Virus record (IMG/VR): IMGVR_UViG_3300011774_000001
Location: 166,985 to 230,984 of that record
Strand: one strand, 5' to 3'
Source of the DNA: a virus
Taxonomy: Duplodnaviria; Caudoviricetes
DNA length: 64,000 nt
Each line of letters starts with the position of its first letter. Within the stretch, counting starts at the first letter, position 1. Shown here one piece after another: positions 8,996 to 18,369 of the stretch. The notes beneath the pieces are model-generated. The model was not told the DNA's origin. It did no database searches and saw nothing but the letters and a program-made list of their open reading frames with translations. The position numbers were made by a program, and so were the translations under genes.

Positions 8996-10498
8996 GTGGG
9001 ACTACATGCCTACATCGTTGACCATAAGCAGATCCTCGAACAACTCGAAGAACCGCCGCTTGTAGTCAATGACCTGAATCTTGACTTCGGGACCAAAGAA
9101 GGTAAAGATCAGCTGGCCATGTACCTGTCGTTTCAATTCGACGGAGACATCATCCCAGCGGTACCTACCTGTCTGGGCGGCCATATCGGCGGCGAGGACA
9201 AGCTTGGTGTCAAGTGTGAGATCTGCGATACACGGGTAACCAGCCTCGTGGACCGCGCGGTAGATCAGAGCGTCTGGATTCGTCCACCGGAAGGTGTCAA
9301 CGGATTCATTCATCCTGAAGTCTGGAACATTCTGTCTCCTAGACTGACCCCACTCAAGTCGTTCTCGATGATGAGCTGGGTGTGTGACCCCAACTACGGT
9401 GAACAACTGCCAGCGTTCCAGGCGGTACTCGATGAGTACAAGAAGGTGCACAAGCGTGGGTTGAACTACGTGTTGGAACATTTCGATGATGTGATTCGTT
9501 TCATCATGACATCGAAGCTGTGTAACAAACTGTCGCTACAGGACAAGACCGACATTCAGTTGTTCTTGCTGCAAAACCGCGACAAGGTAGTGCAGAAGTA
9601 TTTGCCGCTGCCTAGCTCCATCTTTGTGGTGTCCGAAAAGACAGCGATGGGTACTTACGCTGACGAGAAGACACCTGCCCTGTTGGATGCGATCTACATG
9701 ATCACCTCCACCTACGGATCGGCTATTGCGCTGAACCAACGGCAACGCGAATCGCATGCTGCCAGGTTCATGGCATCCATCGGTCCGTGTTATCAGGCAA
9801 TCTGTACCAAGTTCATCGGCAGTAAGTATGGCCTGGTTCGCCGTCAGTTGATCGGCAGCCGTCTGCACTTTACCGGCCGAGCGGTGATTACATCCATCAG
9901 CGATGCTCACCATTATGAAGAGCTGCATGTACCTTGGGCCTTCGCTGTACAAATCCTGGAACCGCATCTCCAAGCGAAACTCATGCGTCGAGGTTTCTCG
10001 GCCAACGATGCGCTGGAGTTCCTGGAAGACAACACGCTGCAATGGCATCCACTGCTGCGTGAAATGTTCGACGAGTTGATCGCCGAAGCACCGCCTATCG
10101 ATGACTTCCCACCGGGAATCTTCGAAGACATCGACGAGGACCCATCTCTGCTCCGAGGCATTCCGTGCCTGCTGCAGCGTAACCCTTCGTTGACTCGTCT
10201 GTCGGCTCAGTGCCTGCGCATCACCCGAATCAAAGACGACGTGGAAGATTACACCATTTCCGTGTCCAACATGATTCTGGTCAGTTACAACGCCGACTTC
10301 GATGGCGACGAACTGAACTTGCTGCTGTGCCTGGACAAGAAGATGTTGTCTTGGTTCAACCGTTTCCGTCCACACTTGGGCATGCGTTCGCTGCGTGAGC
10401 CGCGTTCCCTGTCTGACAACCAGAAGATCCACGCACCAGTCGCTGCTACATGGGCGCACTATGTGCATCACTCTGAACGCCGAGAGACCGTTCATTAG
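8996..10498 (+). CDS. Non-virion RNA polymerase beta' N-terminal/catalytic subunit (phiKZ gp55/56.1-like), uninterrupted
   Basis: NADFDGD catalytic motif, GRAVITS, QRNPSL, N-terminal Zn ribbon (CEICDT); GTG 8996 with SD GGAG (ATG 8981 alternative). Confidence 0.92.
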   Translation: MGLHAYIVDHKQILEQLEEPPLVVNDLNLDFGTKEGKDQLAMYLSFQFDGDIIPAVPTCLGGHIGGEDKLGVKCEICDTRVTSLVDRAVDQSVWIRPPEGVNGFIHPEVWNILSPRLTPLKSFSMMSWVCDPNYGEQLPAFQAVLDEYKKVHKRGLNYVLEHFDDVIRFIMTSKLCNKLSLQDKTDIQLFLLQNRDKVVQKYLPLPSSIFVVSEKTAMGTYADEKTPALLDAIYMITSTYGSAIALNQRQRESHAARFMASIGPCYQAICTKFIGSKYGLVRRQLIGSRLHFTGRAVITSISDAHHYEELHVPWAFAVQILEPHLQAKLMRRGFSANDALEFLEDNTLQWHPLLREMFDELIAEAPPIDDFPPGIFEDIDEDPSLLRGIPCLLQRNPSLTRLSAQCLRITRIKDDVEDYTISVSNMILVSYNADFDGDELNLLLCLDKKMLSWFNRFRPHLGMRSLREPRSLSDNQKIHAPVAATWAHYVHHSERRETVH

Positions 10499-10506
10499 GA
10501 GACAGC

Positions 10507-10890
10507 ATGAATCAATTGGGCCCCAACCTGACCAAGATTCTGCAAGAGCAACAAGATCAAGCCGATGAAGGTATCCGCGACCTCATCGGTGATACCGCGG
10601 GTGTCAATGCCATCGTCGATGGTGTTGCCGTGGTAATCCTGGAAAAGATGGCCATGGCACAAGTCGTGGCCACTACCAGTGCGCTGGCCGCAGGCACTCC
10701 CCTGGATGTGAGTAAGATCCAACAGGGGCGGGTTAAGCTTGTAGAGGGTCTGCTGATGATGCTGGAAGGCCAAGACATGTTGGTCGACTACATCGGTGAA
10801 GATGAGATCCTGGGCGACGCTGACTTGCTGGATGTTCTCCGCGAGTTCATCGCCTACAACCAACCCCCATCCGAGGAGCCGGAACAATGA
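10507..10890 (+). CDS. Acidic hypothetical protein, paralog trio member 1
   Basis: SD GGAG; C-terminal LREFIAYNQ resembles LREVVAYHQ of 11299..11757. Confidence 0.7.
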   Translation: MNQLGPNLTKILQEQQDQADEGIRDLIGDTAGVNAIVDGVAVVILEKMAMAQVVATTSALAAGTPLDVSKIQQGRVKLVEGLLMMLEGQDMLVDYIGEDEILGDADLLDVLREFIAYNQPPSEEPEQ

Positions 10891-11306
10891 GTCGTTTGGA
10901 AAAGTACACCGACCTGCACCGCTACGCTACCCGTCTTGCCGAAGACGATCTGACCGAGGCTTCTGATGAAGCGGCCACAGTTGCATTCGCCATCGGCCAG
11001 GTAACCTGCGCAATCGGTAGCACCATCCAGGGCGTCGCTGAGCGCATCCACAACTCGAACGATGAACCGGCCAAGCAAATGTTCTACGCCGGTCTGTCTG
11101 ACATCACCGAGCGTCTGGCTTCTATCGGTGAAGACGTGGGCGTAATTGCAGCACCATTCGCCGACCTGCGCGAAGGCGATCACGAAGTGGACAAACCGCT
11201 GCGTGAAGACGCGAACATGTTCGACGACAAGCACGCCGAAACGATTCTGTTCCAGGCGCAGCAGTTCATCGGCGAACACCTGCACGAGGGTCGTATCAGT
11301 GAGTAA
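10887..11306 (+). CDS. Acidic hypothetical protein, paralog trio member 2
   Basis: ATGA overlap; N-terminus MSRLEKYTDLHR. Confidence 0.75.
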   Translation: MSRLEKYTDLHRYATRLAEDDLTEASDEAATVAFAIGQVTCAIGSTIQGVAERIHNSNDEPAKQMFYAGLSDITERLASIGEDVGVIAAPFADLREGDHEVDKPLREDANMFDDKHAETILFQAQQFIGEHLHEGRISE

Positions 11307-11757
11307 CCTCGCCCGCTATACCAACCTGCATCGCATGACCACTGATCTCAATGTGGAAGCTGAAATCGAGAAAATCGAAGACAGCCCCAGCAGCGAAGAT
11401 CGGCAAGTGGTTGCCGCCGTTGGCGCAAGTGTCATGGCGCTCGGCATGGGTATGGTTGAAATCGCTGGCAACCCAGAAGTCAAGGACGAGGCCATCGATG
11501 GTCTGCTGGCCACGGCTGCTGGTGTGGCACCGGTAACGGCCAATGGTTTGGAAGCAATGCGCGCTGCTGTACCAGAAGCTTTGGACGGCGACGACGTGGC
11601 GATGTTCGGCATCATGGGCATGGGTCTGCGTGAAGTGGTTGCTTATCACCAGGACCGCTTGACCGGTACCCGCAAGATTCAGAACAGCTCCATCTCTGGT
11701 ATGACGCTGCCGAAAGACAGCGACGAGCCGGTAGATGAAGAAGAGCCAATTGATTGA
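11299..11757 (+). CDS. Acidic hypothetical protein, paralog trio member 3
   Basis: GTG 11299 gives MSNLARYTNLHR, matching the N-terminus of the previous gene. Confidence 0.7.
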   Translation: MSNLARYTNLHRMTTDLNVEAEIEKIEDSPSSEDRQVVAAVGASVMALGMGMVEIAGNPEVKDEAIDGLLATAAGVAPVTANGLEAMRAAVPEALDGDDVAMFGIMGMGLREVVAYHQDRLTGTRKIQNSSISGMTLPKDSDEPVDEEEPID

Positions 11758-11766
11758 AGGTGAAAA

Positions 11767-12408
11767 ATGGCACAGGTCATTTACGGCGGAGAGAACGTCA
11801 TCAACGAGCTGGTGTATGGTGCTCGTTCTGACGCTCTGATTCAGGAGCTGAAGAACCACATCAGCATCCAGAATCCAATGCTCAACGAGCAGGGCCGGAT
11901 GTACGCTCAGCAATCTGCCCAGATCTTCGAAGAGGTGTCTGGCTGGGATGCTGTGCGTGCTGCGCGTAAAGCAGCATCTGCGGTCGATGGTTATGTTCAG
12001 AGCAATCAGCTCGTTGTGATCAACACGGTAGAAGGGTTGCAGGTCGCACCTCCACGCACTCAGCGTTGGATCATGTGCGAACCCAATACTCGACAGTTCT
12101 ATCAAGAAGGTCGCATCGACGGTTACTCGGACAGCTACGTGGATATCCAACCTGCGGCTATCGGTGCCAATCATTACGATTGGACGCTGGCAACCAATGG
12201 TCTGGTGCGTGGTTATGAGTACGTCAATGAGGAAGGCGAGGATCAAGTTCGGTATGAGCATACTCAGATCCAGCGAGAACTCGCGTCCTGGGACGAACCG
12301 CTCAGGCCACGCAACGTGGTGGACATCGCCCGCATCCATCAGGTGCAACGTCTGAACCTTGTAGAAGGTGGGGACGACTTTACCAGCCGGTACGGTGGGA
12401 AGATCTGA
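11767..12408 (+). CDS. Conserved chimallivirus protein (phiKZ gp59-like by synteny)
   Basis: 213 aa; QRWIMCEP...GRIDGYSDSY core; position downstream of nvRNAP beta'. Confidence 0.65.
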   Translation: MAQVIYGGENVINELVYGARSDALIQELKNHISIQNPMLNEQGRMYAQQSAQIFEEVSGWDAVRAARKAASAVDGYVQSNQLVVINTVEGLQVAPPRTQRWIMCEPNTRQFYQEGRIDGYSDSYVDIQPAAIGANHYDWTLATNGLVRGYEYVNEEGEDQVRYEHTQIQRELASWDEPLRPRNVVDIARIHQVQRLNLVEGGDDFTSRYGGKI

Positions 12409-12414
12409 ATGAAG

Positions 12415-12465
12415 ATGGGGGCGGCCTTCGGGTCGCCCTCATTTTTATGACACTATTTTTTTTTT
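12415..12465 (+). terminator. Terminator-like hairpin
   Basis: ATGGGGGCGGCC-TTCG-GGTCGCCCTCAT, TTTTATGAC, then T10. Confidence 0.75.
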
Positions 12466-12478
12466 GCCGGAGATGACC

Positions 12479-12904
12479 ATGCCAACGAATGCGTATCCAG
12501 CCCTTGATGGGTGGATCACTGCCGTAGACCGAAAGTGCGATCGCATCCTCATGGATACCTTCGCAGCCGACCAAGCCCAGTCGAACATTTTCCTGGGTAA
12601 CGTCACCAGTATTCAGTACATCATCTACTCCAATGGTCAGGACATCATTGGTGCAGGTAATGAAATCGCTAACGCATTGCAGCGTCTGTTCTTGCGTTAC
12701 TTCGACGCCGCTATCTTTACCGCCAAGGTCACCGAGTTCAAAGACAAGTCCGGCCGTTACGACATCGCCCTGACAGGTCAAGTGATTCAAGATGGTCGTC
12801 GTTATGACTTCGGTCGCCAGGTGGAGTTCGCCAACGGACTCATTGTTAAAATCATGACAGACAGTGGGGTGTTGCTATGGTCGCCGAGTCTGGTGATGGC
12901 GTAA
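12479..12904 (+). CDS. Conserved hypothetical protein
   Basis: ATG 12479 with GGAG 6 nt upstream. Confidence 0.7.
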   Translation: MPTNAYPALDGWITAVDRKCDRILMDTFAADQAQSNIFLGNVTSIQYIIYSNGQDIIGAGNEIANALQRLFLRYFDAAIFTAKVTEFKDKSGRYDIALTGQVIQDGRRYDFGRQVEFANGLIVKIMTDSGVLLWSPSLVMA

Positions 12905-13206
12905 AGGCGATAAAGGTTGGGGTGATTGCCCACGTCCATCCAAATAGCAGGACAGCATTGGTCATTTCAGCCCTGCGCGCGATGCGGGATGTTGAAGTGG
13001 TGGAGCTGACTGAAAAAGACGTACTCATCGTCGACGATGGTATCTGTCCCAAACTGATCGACCAGCTCAAGGACTACCCAGAGTCTACGCTGTACGGTAA
13101 CGAGATGATCTCACCTTATGCGAGCATGGGTCGTCGAGGTAAGGGCGAAAAGAAAAGAGACCGGGCAATGCAACGCCGGTTCTACGGAAGAGGTAATTCA
13201 TTTTGA
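12877..13206 (+). CDS. Hypothetical protein with basic C-terminus (109 aa)
   Basis: Fills the gap between neighbours; ends MGRRGKGEKKRDRAMQRRFYGRGNSF; start uncertain. Confidence 0.55.
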   Translation: MVAESGDGVKAIKVGVIAHVHPNSRTALVISALRAMRDVEVVELTEKDVLIVDDGICPKLIDQLKDYPESTLYGNEMISPYASMGRRGKGEKKRDRAMQRRFYGRGNSF

Positions 13207-13901
13207 ACGACTTGAACAACGACGAGTTGCAAAAACTCAACGAACGTAACAACGCCGTTGCAGCGCTGGCAGACAAGATCCCTGCTGGCATCCCCTACGG
13301 CGTCCGTGAAGCCATCGCAGAGCTTAAACTCTCTGGACTGGGGGAGTTAGCGCGGGTCAATGAGTCAACCTTCGTACACGAGGTCCTACCGGCCTTAACG
13401 GGTGAAGAAGGAACCCTCATCGACTTCAAGTGGTGGGGCTTTCGTATCGGTAGTCCTTTCAAGGGCTTCTACATCGTGGAAGACAATGATCCGTCGACCA
13501 TTCTGTTTGAGGTTCCTCCACTGCTGGACAGTAACTTCAAACTACGTCCTGCAAAGTCCCCACGGGACACGGTACGTGAAGCGGCGGCCAACTATCAGAA
13601 CCGTGCCTACAACCGCCCTCATCAGGCTAAGAGCGAGTTTAACGACGCGTTGCGTGCTCGCCTTGACTTCTCCGAGACAGGGCGTGCCGCCAAGCACATG
13701 CTGATGTTGGACAAGATCTTCATCCACTACGGAAAACCCTCTATCTTTGAGAAGGTTACCGACCCAGTCGTCTTGGCTGAAGTTGAACGCCTTAAGAAAG
13801 AGCAGGGTGATACGTCCGCCACTCCCGGTGCGACTCCGTCTACTCCTGTTGAACAGACATTCAACGAGATGGACTATTCCGATGAGGGAATGCTCGATTA
13901 A
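13203..13901 (+). CDS. Conserved hypothetical protein (232 aa)
   Basis: TTG start with GAGG SD; LFEVPPL motif. Confidence 0.75.
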   Translation: MNDLNNDELQKLNERNNAVAALADKIPAGIPYGVREAIAELKLSGLGELARVNESTFVHEVLPALTGEEGTLIDFKWWGFRIGSPFKGFYIVEDNDPSTILFEVPPLLDSNFKLRPAKSPRDTVREAAANYQNRAYNRPHQAKSEFNDALRARLDFSETGRAAKHMLMLDKIFIHYGKPSIFEKVTDPVVLAEVERLKKEQGDTSATPGATPSTPVEQTFNEMDYSDEGMLD

Positions 13902-15081
13902 TATTGGCAGTACGAGCGACGTCCACATGGGGCATCCACGTACGCCCTCTGAGTTAATCTCGGAGAACTTCAAGACGTATATCCTCCCGGACAATGCTGT
14001 CACCGCAGAGCTGGATATCTTCCTCATCTGCGGTGACTTCTGGGACCGTCTGTTGAATCTGCCAGATAAAGATGTGTACGTGGCCCGCATGTTGTTGGTT
14101 TACATCCTGCTGGTGTGCGCCAAGTACCGAATCATTCTGCGGATTCTGGAAGGCACTCCCCGTCACGACCGTAAGCAGTCGAAGATGGTGCAAGAACTGA
14201 TTGATATCATGAAACTGGATATCGATTACAAGTACATGGATGGTTGCCAGATCGAGTACATCAAAAGTCTCGACATCAATGTGCTGTACATTCAGGACGA
14301 ATACGGCACCCCTGAAAGTGCTCTGGCTGATTTCAAAAGACTGCTGGCAGAAAAGCAGTTGGAGAAGGTGGACATTGCCTGCATGCACGGGCAGTTCGAA
14401 CACCAACTCCCAGACGTTGAGGGAGCAAGGCATAAGTGCCATGTCGCTCGCGAGTATCTGGCTCTGGTGCGTTACGTGATCTTCATTGGTCACGACCACA
14501 GGTTCAGTGAGTTCCGCTTACCGGAGTTCAACAGTGTCATCATCGCACACGGTTCAGCTGACCGCCTGATCCATGGCGAGGAAGAGCCTAAGGGTTCTGT
14601 ACGGGCATTGATCGATCAGAAGGGGAATGTCAACATTACCTTCGTCGAGAACAAAGGGGCGATGGACTATCGCACGGTTGACGTAGCAGGTCTTTCGACC
14701 GACGAAGTGATGCTCCTGATTCAAGGACTCAAGCTGCGTGATGGCAGCTACATCCGGTTGAAGGGCGACATCTTCGATAAAGGACTGCGGATGATTCGTC
14801 ATCTGCGCAAAGATTTCCCGCAGTACCGTCTAGACCCTCTTCCCATCAAAGAGAAGAAGCGACAGTTAGAGGAAGTGAAAATCTCTTCTACCTACAGACC
14901 GCCACAGATCAGTCAGGGCAACGTGACTGCATTGGTGGCGGATTGGTTAGTGCGCCACGGATCTTCCGAGGATGAGGTGAAGGACTGTGAGGACCACTTA
15001 AATGAGCAAATCAACTCAGGCGCTAGCCGCCAGGGAGCAAGGGCAGTTCCCGATTTCCAAGGGTACCAGCTTGGCCATTGA
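13882..15081 (+). CDS. SbcD/Mre11-like metallophosphoesterase nuclease
   Basis: SDVHMGH, GDFWD, EGTPRHD, MHG and IGHDH calcineurin-like motifs. Confidence 0.85.
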   Translation: MRECSINIGSTSDVHMGHPRTPSELISENFKTYILPDNAVTAELDIFLICGDFWDRLLNLPDKDVYVARMLLVYILLVCAKYRIILRILEGTPRHDRKQSKMVQELIDIMKLDIDYKYMDGCQIEYIKSLDINVLYIQDEYGTPESALADFKRLLAEKQLEKVDIACMHGQFEHQLPDVEGARHKCHVAREYLALVRYVIFIGHDHRFSEFRLPEFNSVIIAHGSADRLIHGEEEPKGSVRALIDQKGNVNITFVENKGAMDYRTVDVAGLSTDEVMLLIQGLKLRDGSYIRLKGDIFDKGLRMIRHLRKDFPQYRLDPLPIKEKKRQLEEVKISSTYRPPQISQGNVTALVADWLVRHGSSEDEVKDCEDHLNEQINSGASRQGARAVPDFQGYQLGH

Positions 15082-15874
15082 GTCATTGGCTAACCTGATC
15101 CCTGACCGAGACCACATCAAGCCTGTTCCGATTGGCCAGATTGATGTGGTGCTGGTGAACATCCGTACGATCTATCGCAACATGTTGGGTGGGTTGAAAG
15201 CTGCTGCCAAGGAATTGGTATTGGCCGAAGACCTGCCAGACTACATCTTCCAGGAGATGGAGCAGATTCGTGCGGCGGTCACCAAGATCAGTAACAGTCG
15301 AGTGGAGACGTACTTCTATCTGTGCACCTACCCAGACCTGAAGAAACGTTTCCCCGAAGCTCAGCTGATCGAGCCTACCACCTTAAAGCAAAAGGCGGCT
15401 AAGGACATGGAGGACAAGGTGATGAAAGCCATGGTCGCCAGTCCTCAGTTGTACGGCTACCCCAAGATCTTTGAGTATCTTGTGGAGGGTGGTAAGTTGG
15501 AGAATGACCGGGTGGCTATTCTGACTCACCTACCCTTGGACTTGGTAAACCGTTACCAGTTCAAGGAGATGTATTTGCTAGAGAGCAACACTGGCGCATT
15601 CAAAAAGCCCAGCGAGTTCAACAGCAAGTTCAAGGTAAGACCAGAAGGCACTCACCTGCCGTTCTCTCTGTTCACCCTGCAGATCTTTGGCGATGGCGGC
15701 AAGATGTTTCAGCCGATGTTGTCTGAAGTTACAAGCTTTGTGGCAGAGCTGGCCAAGAGCAATCGCTGGACGCCACTCACCACCGCAGAGAAGATCAAGT
15801 ACAACCTTGATAACGCTCCGCACAACAAGTTTTCCACGTTTCTCAAAACACTGCTACGGGGCATTAAAGCGTAA
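15002..15874 (+). CDS. Conserved chimallivirus protein (phiKZ gp66-like by synteny)
   Basis: 290-aa ORF overlapping the nuclease gene; VNIRTIYRN and LLESNTG motifs. Confidence 0.7.
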   Translation: MSKSTQALAAREQGQFPISKGTSLAIESLANLIPDRDHIKPVPIGQIDVVLVNIRTIYRNMLGGLKAAAKELVLAEDLPDYIFQEMEQIRAAVTKISNSRVETYFYLCTYPDLKKRFPEAQLIEPTTLKQKAAKDMEDKVMKAMVASPQLYGYPKIFEYLVEGGKLENDRVAILTHLPLDLVNRYQFKEMYLLESNTGAFKKPSEFNSKFKVRPEGTHLPFSLFTLQIFGDGGKMFQPMLSEVTSFVAELAKSNRWTPLTTAEKIKYNLDNAPHNKFSTFLKTLLRGIKA

Positions 15875-15930
15875 CCATTCACGGTTATTGTTTGTGACCC
15901 AACACACTTAATTTTCCAAGGAGCAACCCC

Positions 15931-16671
15931 ATGTCCGGCGGCAACGCAGCCCGTACTTCCCTCCCCACCGCGCTGATCGAATTCCGTCTGCGTCTTACTG
16001 CCGACAAGTTGCCAGAAGGGCGTAAGAACCCTAACCTGGAAATCAACGTCGACAAAAAGAACGGCGTATCCATCAGCTGCAATACCGGCATCTTCGGCGC
16101 CGACAATGCTCAGATCCGTATCAACGGCACCATGGGTGCTTTCGAGTTCGGCCTGATCAACATGTACGCCGAGCAGATCTTCTCCAAAGAAGCCGGCTTC
16201 AAGTTCCCACTGGTTCGTCTGTACGGCCCGCGTAAGAAACGCACACCACAAGACGCCGGTAAAGGTCTGGACTGCGTTGTACTGGTCGGCAAAGACGCCA
16301 ACGGTACCTGCTTCATCTCGGTCATGCGCAAAGACGCGCCGCAGGTCAAGTTCGTGTTCGCTCCTGGCCGTTGGGCAGAGCTGGCCGATGCTTCGACCAA
16401 CCAGCCGCTCAACATCACTGAAATGTCCAACTGGTACTCCCAGGCCTGGGCACGCACCATGGCTCCGCTGGTCGAGTACGCTCTCAACCTGAAGGTCTAC
16501 GACTTCCGCGAAGAGAACGACAACAACGGTGGTGGCAACAACCAGCAGGGCAACGGTCAGAACAACTGGCAGCAGCGCAACAACCAACAGGGTAGCCAGC
16601 AACAAGCTGCCGCTCCTGCAGCTGCAGCCAACAATGACTTCGGCGGTTTCGACGACGACATCCCGCTGTAA
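15931..16671 (+). CDS. Protein with SSB-like acidic tail (phiKZ gp67-like by synteny)
   Basis: Strong SD and codon bias; N/Q/G-rich linker ending FGGFDDDIPL. Confidence 0.7.
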   Translation: MSGGNAARTSLPTALIEFRLRLTADKLPEGRKNPNLEINVDKKNGVSISCNTGIFGADNAQIRINGTMGAFEFGLINMYAEQIFSKEAGFKFPLVRLYGPRKKRTPQDAGKGLDCVVLVGKDANGTCFISVMRKDAPQVKFVFAPGRWAELADASTNQPLNITEMSNWYSQAWARTMAPLVEYALNLKVYDFREENDNNGGGNNQQGNGQNNWQQRNNQQGSQQQAAAPAAAANNDFGGFDDDIPL

Positions 16672-16682
16672 GTAAGTGAGTG

Positions 16683-16714
16683 AATGGTGGGCCAAACAGG
16701 CCTGCCATTTATGC
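16683..16714 (+). terminator. Terminator-like hairpin
   Basis: AATGGTGGGCC-AAACA-GGCCTGCCATT followed by TATGC. Confidence 0.6.
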
Positions 16715-16752
16715 TCCTAGTTAGAAAAGTTGGCATAGCGATCAACTAGATT

Positions 16753-16776
16753 TGAAACCTAAATTATCAACCTGAG
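16753..16776 (+). promoter_or_regulatory. Early-promoter-like motif
   Basis: TGAAACCTAAATTATCAACCTGAG. Confidence 0.6.
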
Positions 16777-16819
16777 CATCCCCCAAGATGTTCGTTATTC
16801 AACTAAGGAGCCCTCACAC

Positions 16820-18343
16820 ATGGAGATCTTGATTGAAGGTTATTCTCCTACGGGAGCCTTCAAACGGGTTGCCATCGTCAACGATGGTAAAACGATCTCG
16901 TGGAACACGCAGACTTATTCCAAGCTGAAGTTCCACAATGCGGCTGTGATCTTCAAAGAGATCAACGAGCTGTGGGCAAAGAAGACGCCTGAAGTTAAGG
17001 CAACTATCTTTGCGGCTTTTGAGGAGATCCATCAACACCTCACAGAGCCAGAGGACAACCAACAACAGGTCGAAAGACTGGGCGTGTTGGTAGCAACAAT
17101 CTACAAACACTTTACAGCCAAAGATGCCGAAGATATCGTCAACAGTTTGAACCTGACGTATCCAAGCTCGATGGCCGAAGACTACAGCACCATCCCCGAT
17201 AATGGTCGTACACATACTCGGGCGGACTACCACAGACTGGTTCAGTTGGCGATTCGCCTGCGTCCCATGCTGCCGGTGTTCGGGCAATACATTCACACGT
17301 TCCTGGATCAGCCGGGCTCCCAGTATCGGGAAACCAGCGCGGTCAAGATTCTGAACGACACGGATGTACTGAGGATGCCAGCTGTAGAAAAGCTGGTTGG
17401 GTTCATGGAGGCAACTCTCAAGAACTTCCAGCATCAGGACTCGGCAATCCTGGGCGGCAAGCTGGGTTCTGCGGAGATGCCTTACTGGCTGGTCGCCAAG
17501 GCTATCTTCCGAAGGATCGCTCCAGGGGAAGTGCACAGCGTGGATGATGTTTCTTCGATCATCACCAACGTGTACAACTTTGTGGTGAAGTCGACTCTCG
17601 ACTCCATCCCAAGGAACTTTGGCGGTACCAAGAACAAGACTCGCACAACCGAAGGCTCGGGCAAGGATGAGAACGTTTCGTTACTTGAAGCGATTCGTAT
17701 CCGTGAACAGGTTTCCGGTGGTCGTCGTAAGGTGGTGGATGTTTACTCGCGTAACATTCTATTCACTGCGCGTCGAGTGGACCTCTCTGTACCAGAAGAA
17801 AAGGTAACCGAGTGCTGCAGACCAGACATGGTTCGCATCAGTCGTCCGGTGCACGATGTTCAACGTGTGCTTGCCTGCTGGGTGATGTCCCGTGGCCAAC
17901 CGCCATCCCACTACGACCTGCTCAAGCGTGAGCCTGTGTATCGTTTCATCGGGGCAGCCCAAGCCCTGCTGTGGCACTGGGGTTACCTGGAGTTGGCAGC
18001 GTTGATGGAAGCGGTACCTGTGCAAGATCTGACCATGGCTCCCGCTGCTGCTCTTTGGGCACGCGAAGAGCTGAGCAAAGATCGGTTGGAAAAGCTGCGT
18101 GCTCGTTATCCCTACACGACGCAGTTGACCCGTGGTAGCCAGAACCCCGACGAGGCTATCAAGGGTGTTGTGGAGAATGCGGAACTTGCCCGCATGATTC
18201 ACAGTGAAGAATGGGTCCTGGACAAAGACTCGCGGTTCTACGATCTCGTAAACCACAACGAGCAAGGACATCTGATCCTGTCCCCAGGTTTCCGCAACAC
18301 AATCGCTGACCTGCAACTCGAAGTGTCCTCGGGTACGTGGTAA
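16820..18343 (+). CDS. Non-virion RNAP sigma-like subunit (phiKZ gp68-like)
   Basis: 507 aa; synteny; motifs LRPMLPVFGQYI, SIITNVYNFV and AQALLWHWG recalled from this family. Confidence 0.7.
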   Translation: MEILIEGYSPTGAFKRVAIVNDGKTISWNTQTYSKLKFHNAAVIFKEINELWAKKTPEVKATIFAAFEEIHQHLTEPEDNQQQVERLGVLVATIYKHFTAKDAEDIVNSLNLTYPSSMAEDYSTIPDNGRTHTRADYHRLVQLAIRLRPMLPVFGQYIHTFLDQPGSQYRETSAVKILNDTDVLRMPAVEKLVGFMEATLKNFQHQDSAILGGKLGSAEMPYWLVAKAIFRRIAPGEVHSVDDVSSIITNVYNFVVKSTLDSIPRNFGGTKNKTRTTEGSGKDENVSLLEAIRIREQVSGGRRKVVDVYSRNILFTARRVDLSVPEEKVTECCRPDMVRISRPVHDVQRVLACWVMSRGQPPSHYDLLKREPVYRFIGAAQALLWHWGYLELAALMEAVPVQDLTMAPAAALWAREELSKDRLEKLRARYPYTTQLTRGSQNPDEAIKGVVENAELARMIHSEEWVLDKDSRFYDLVNHNEQGHLILSPGFRNTIADLQLEVSSGTW

Positions 18344-18369
18344 GCAATCTCTTTTAAGGAACAAGTGCT

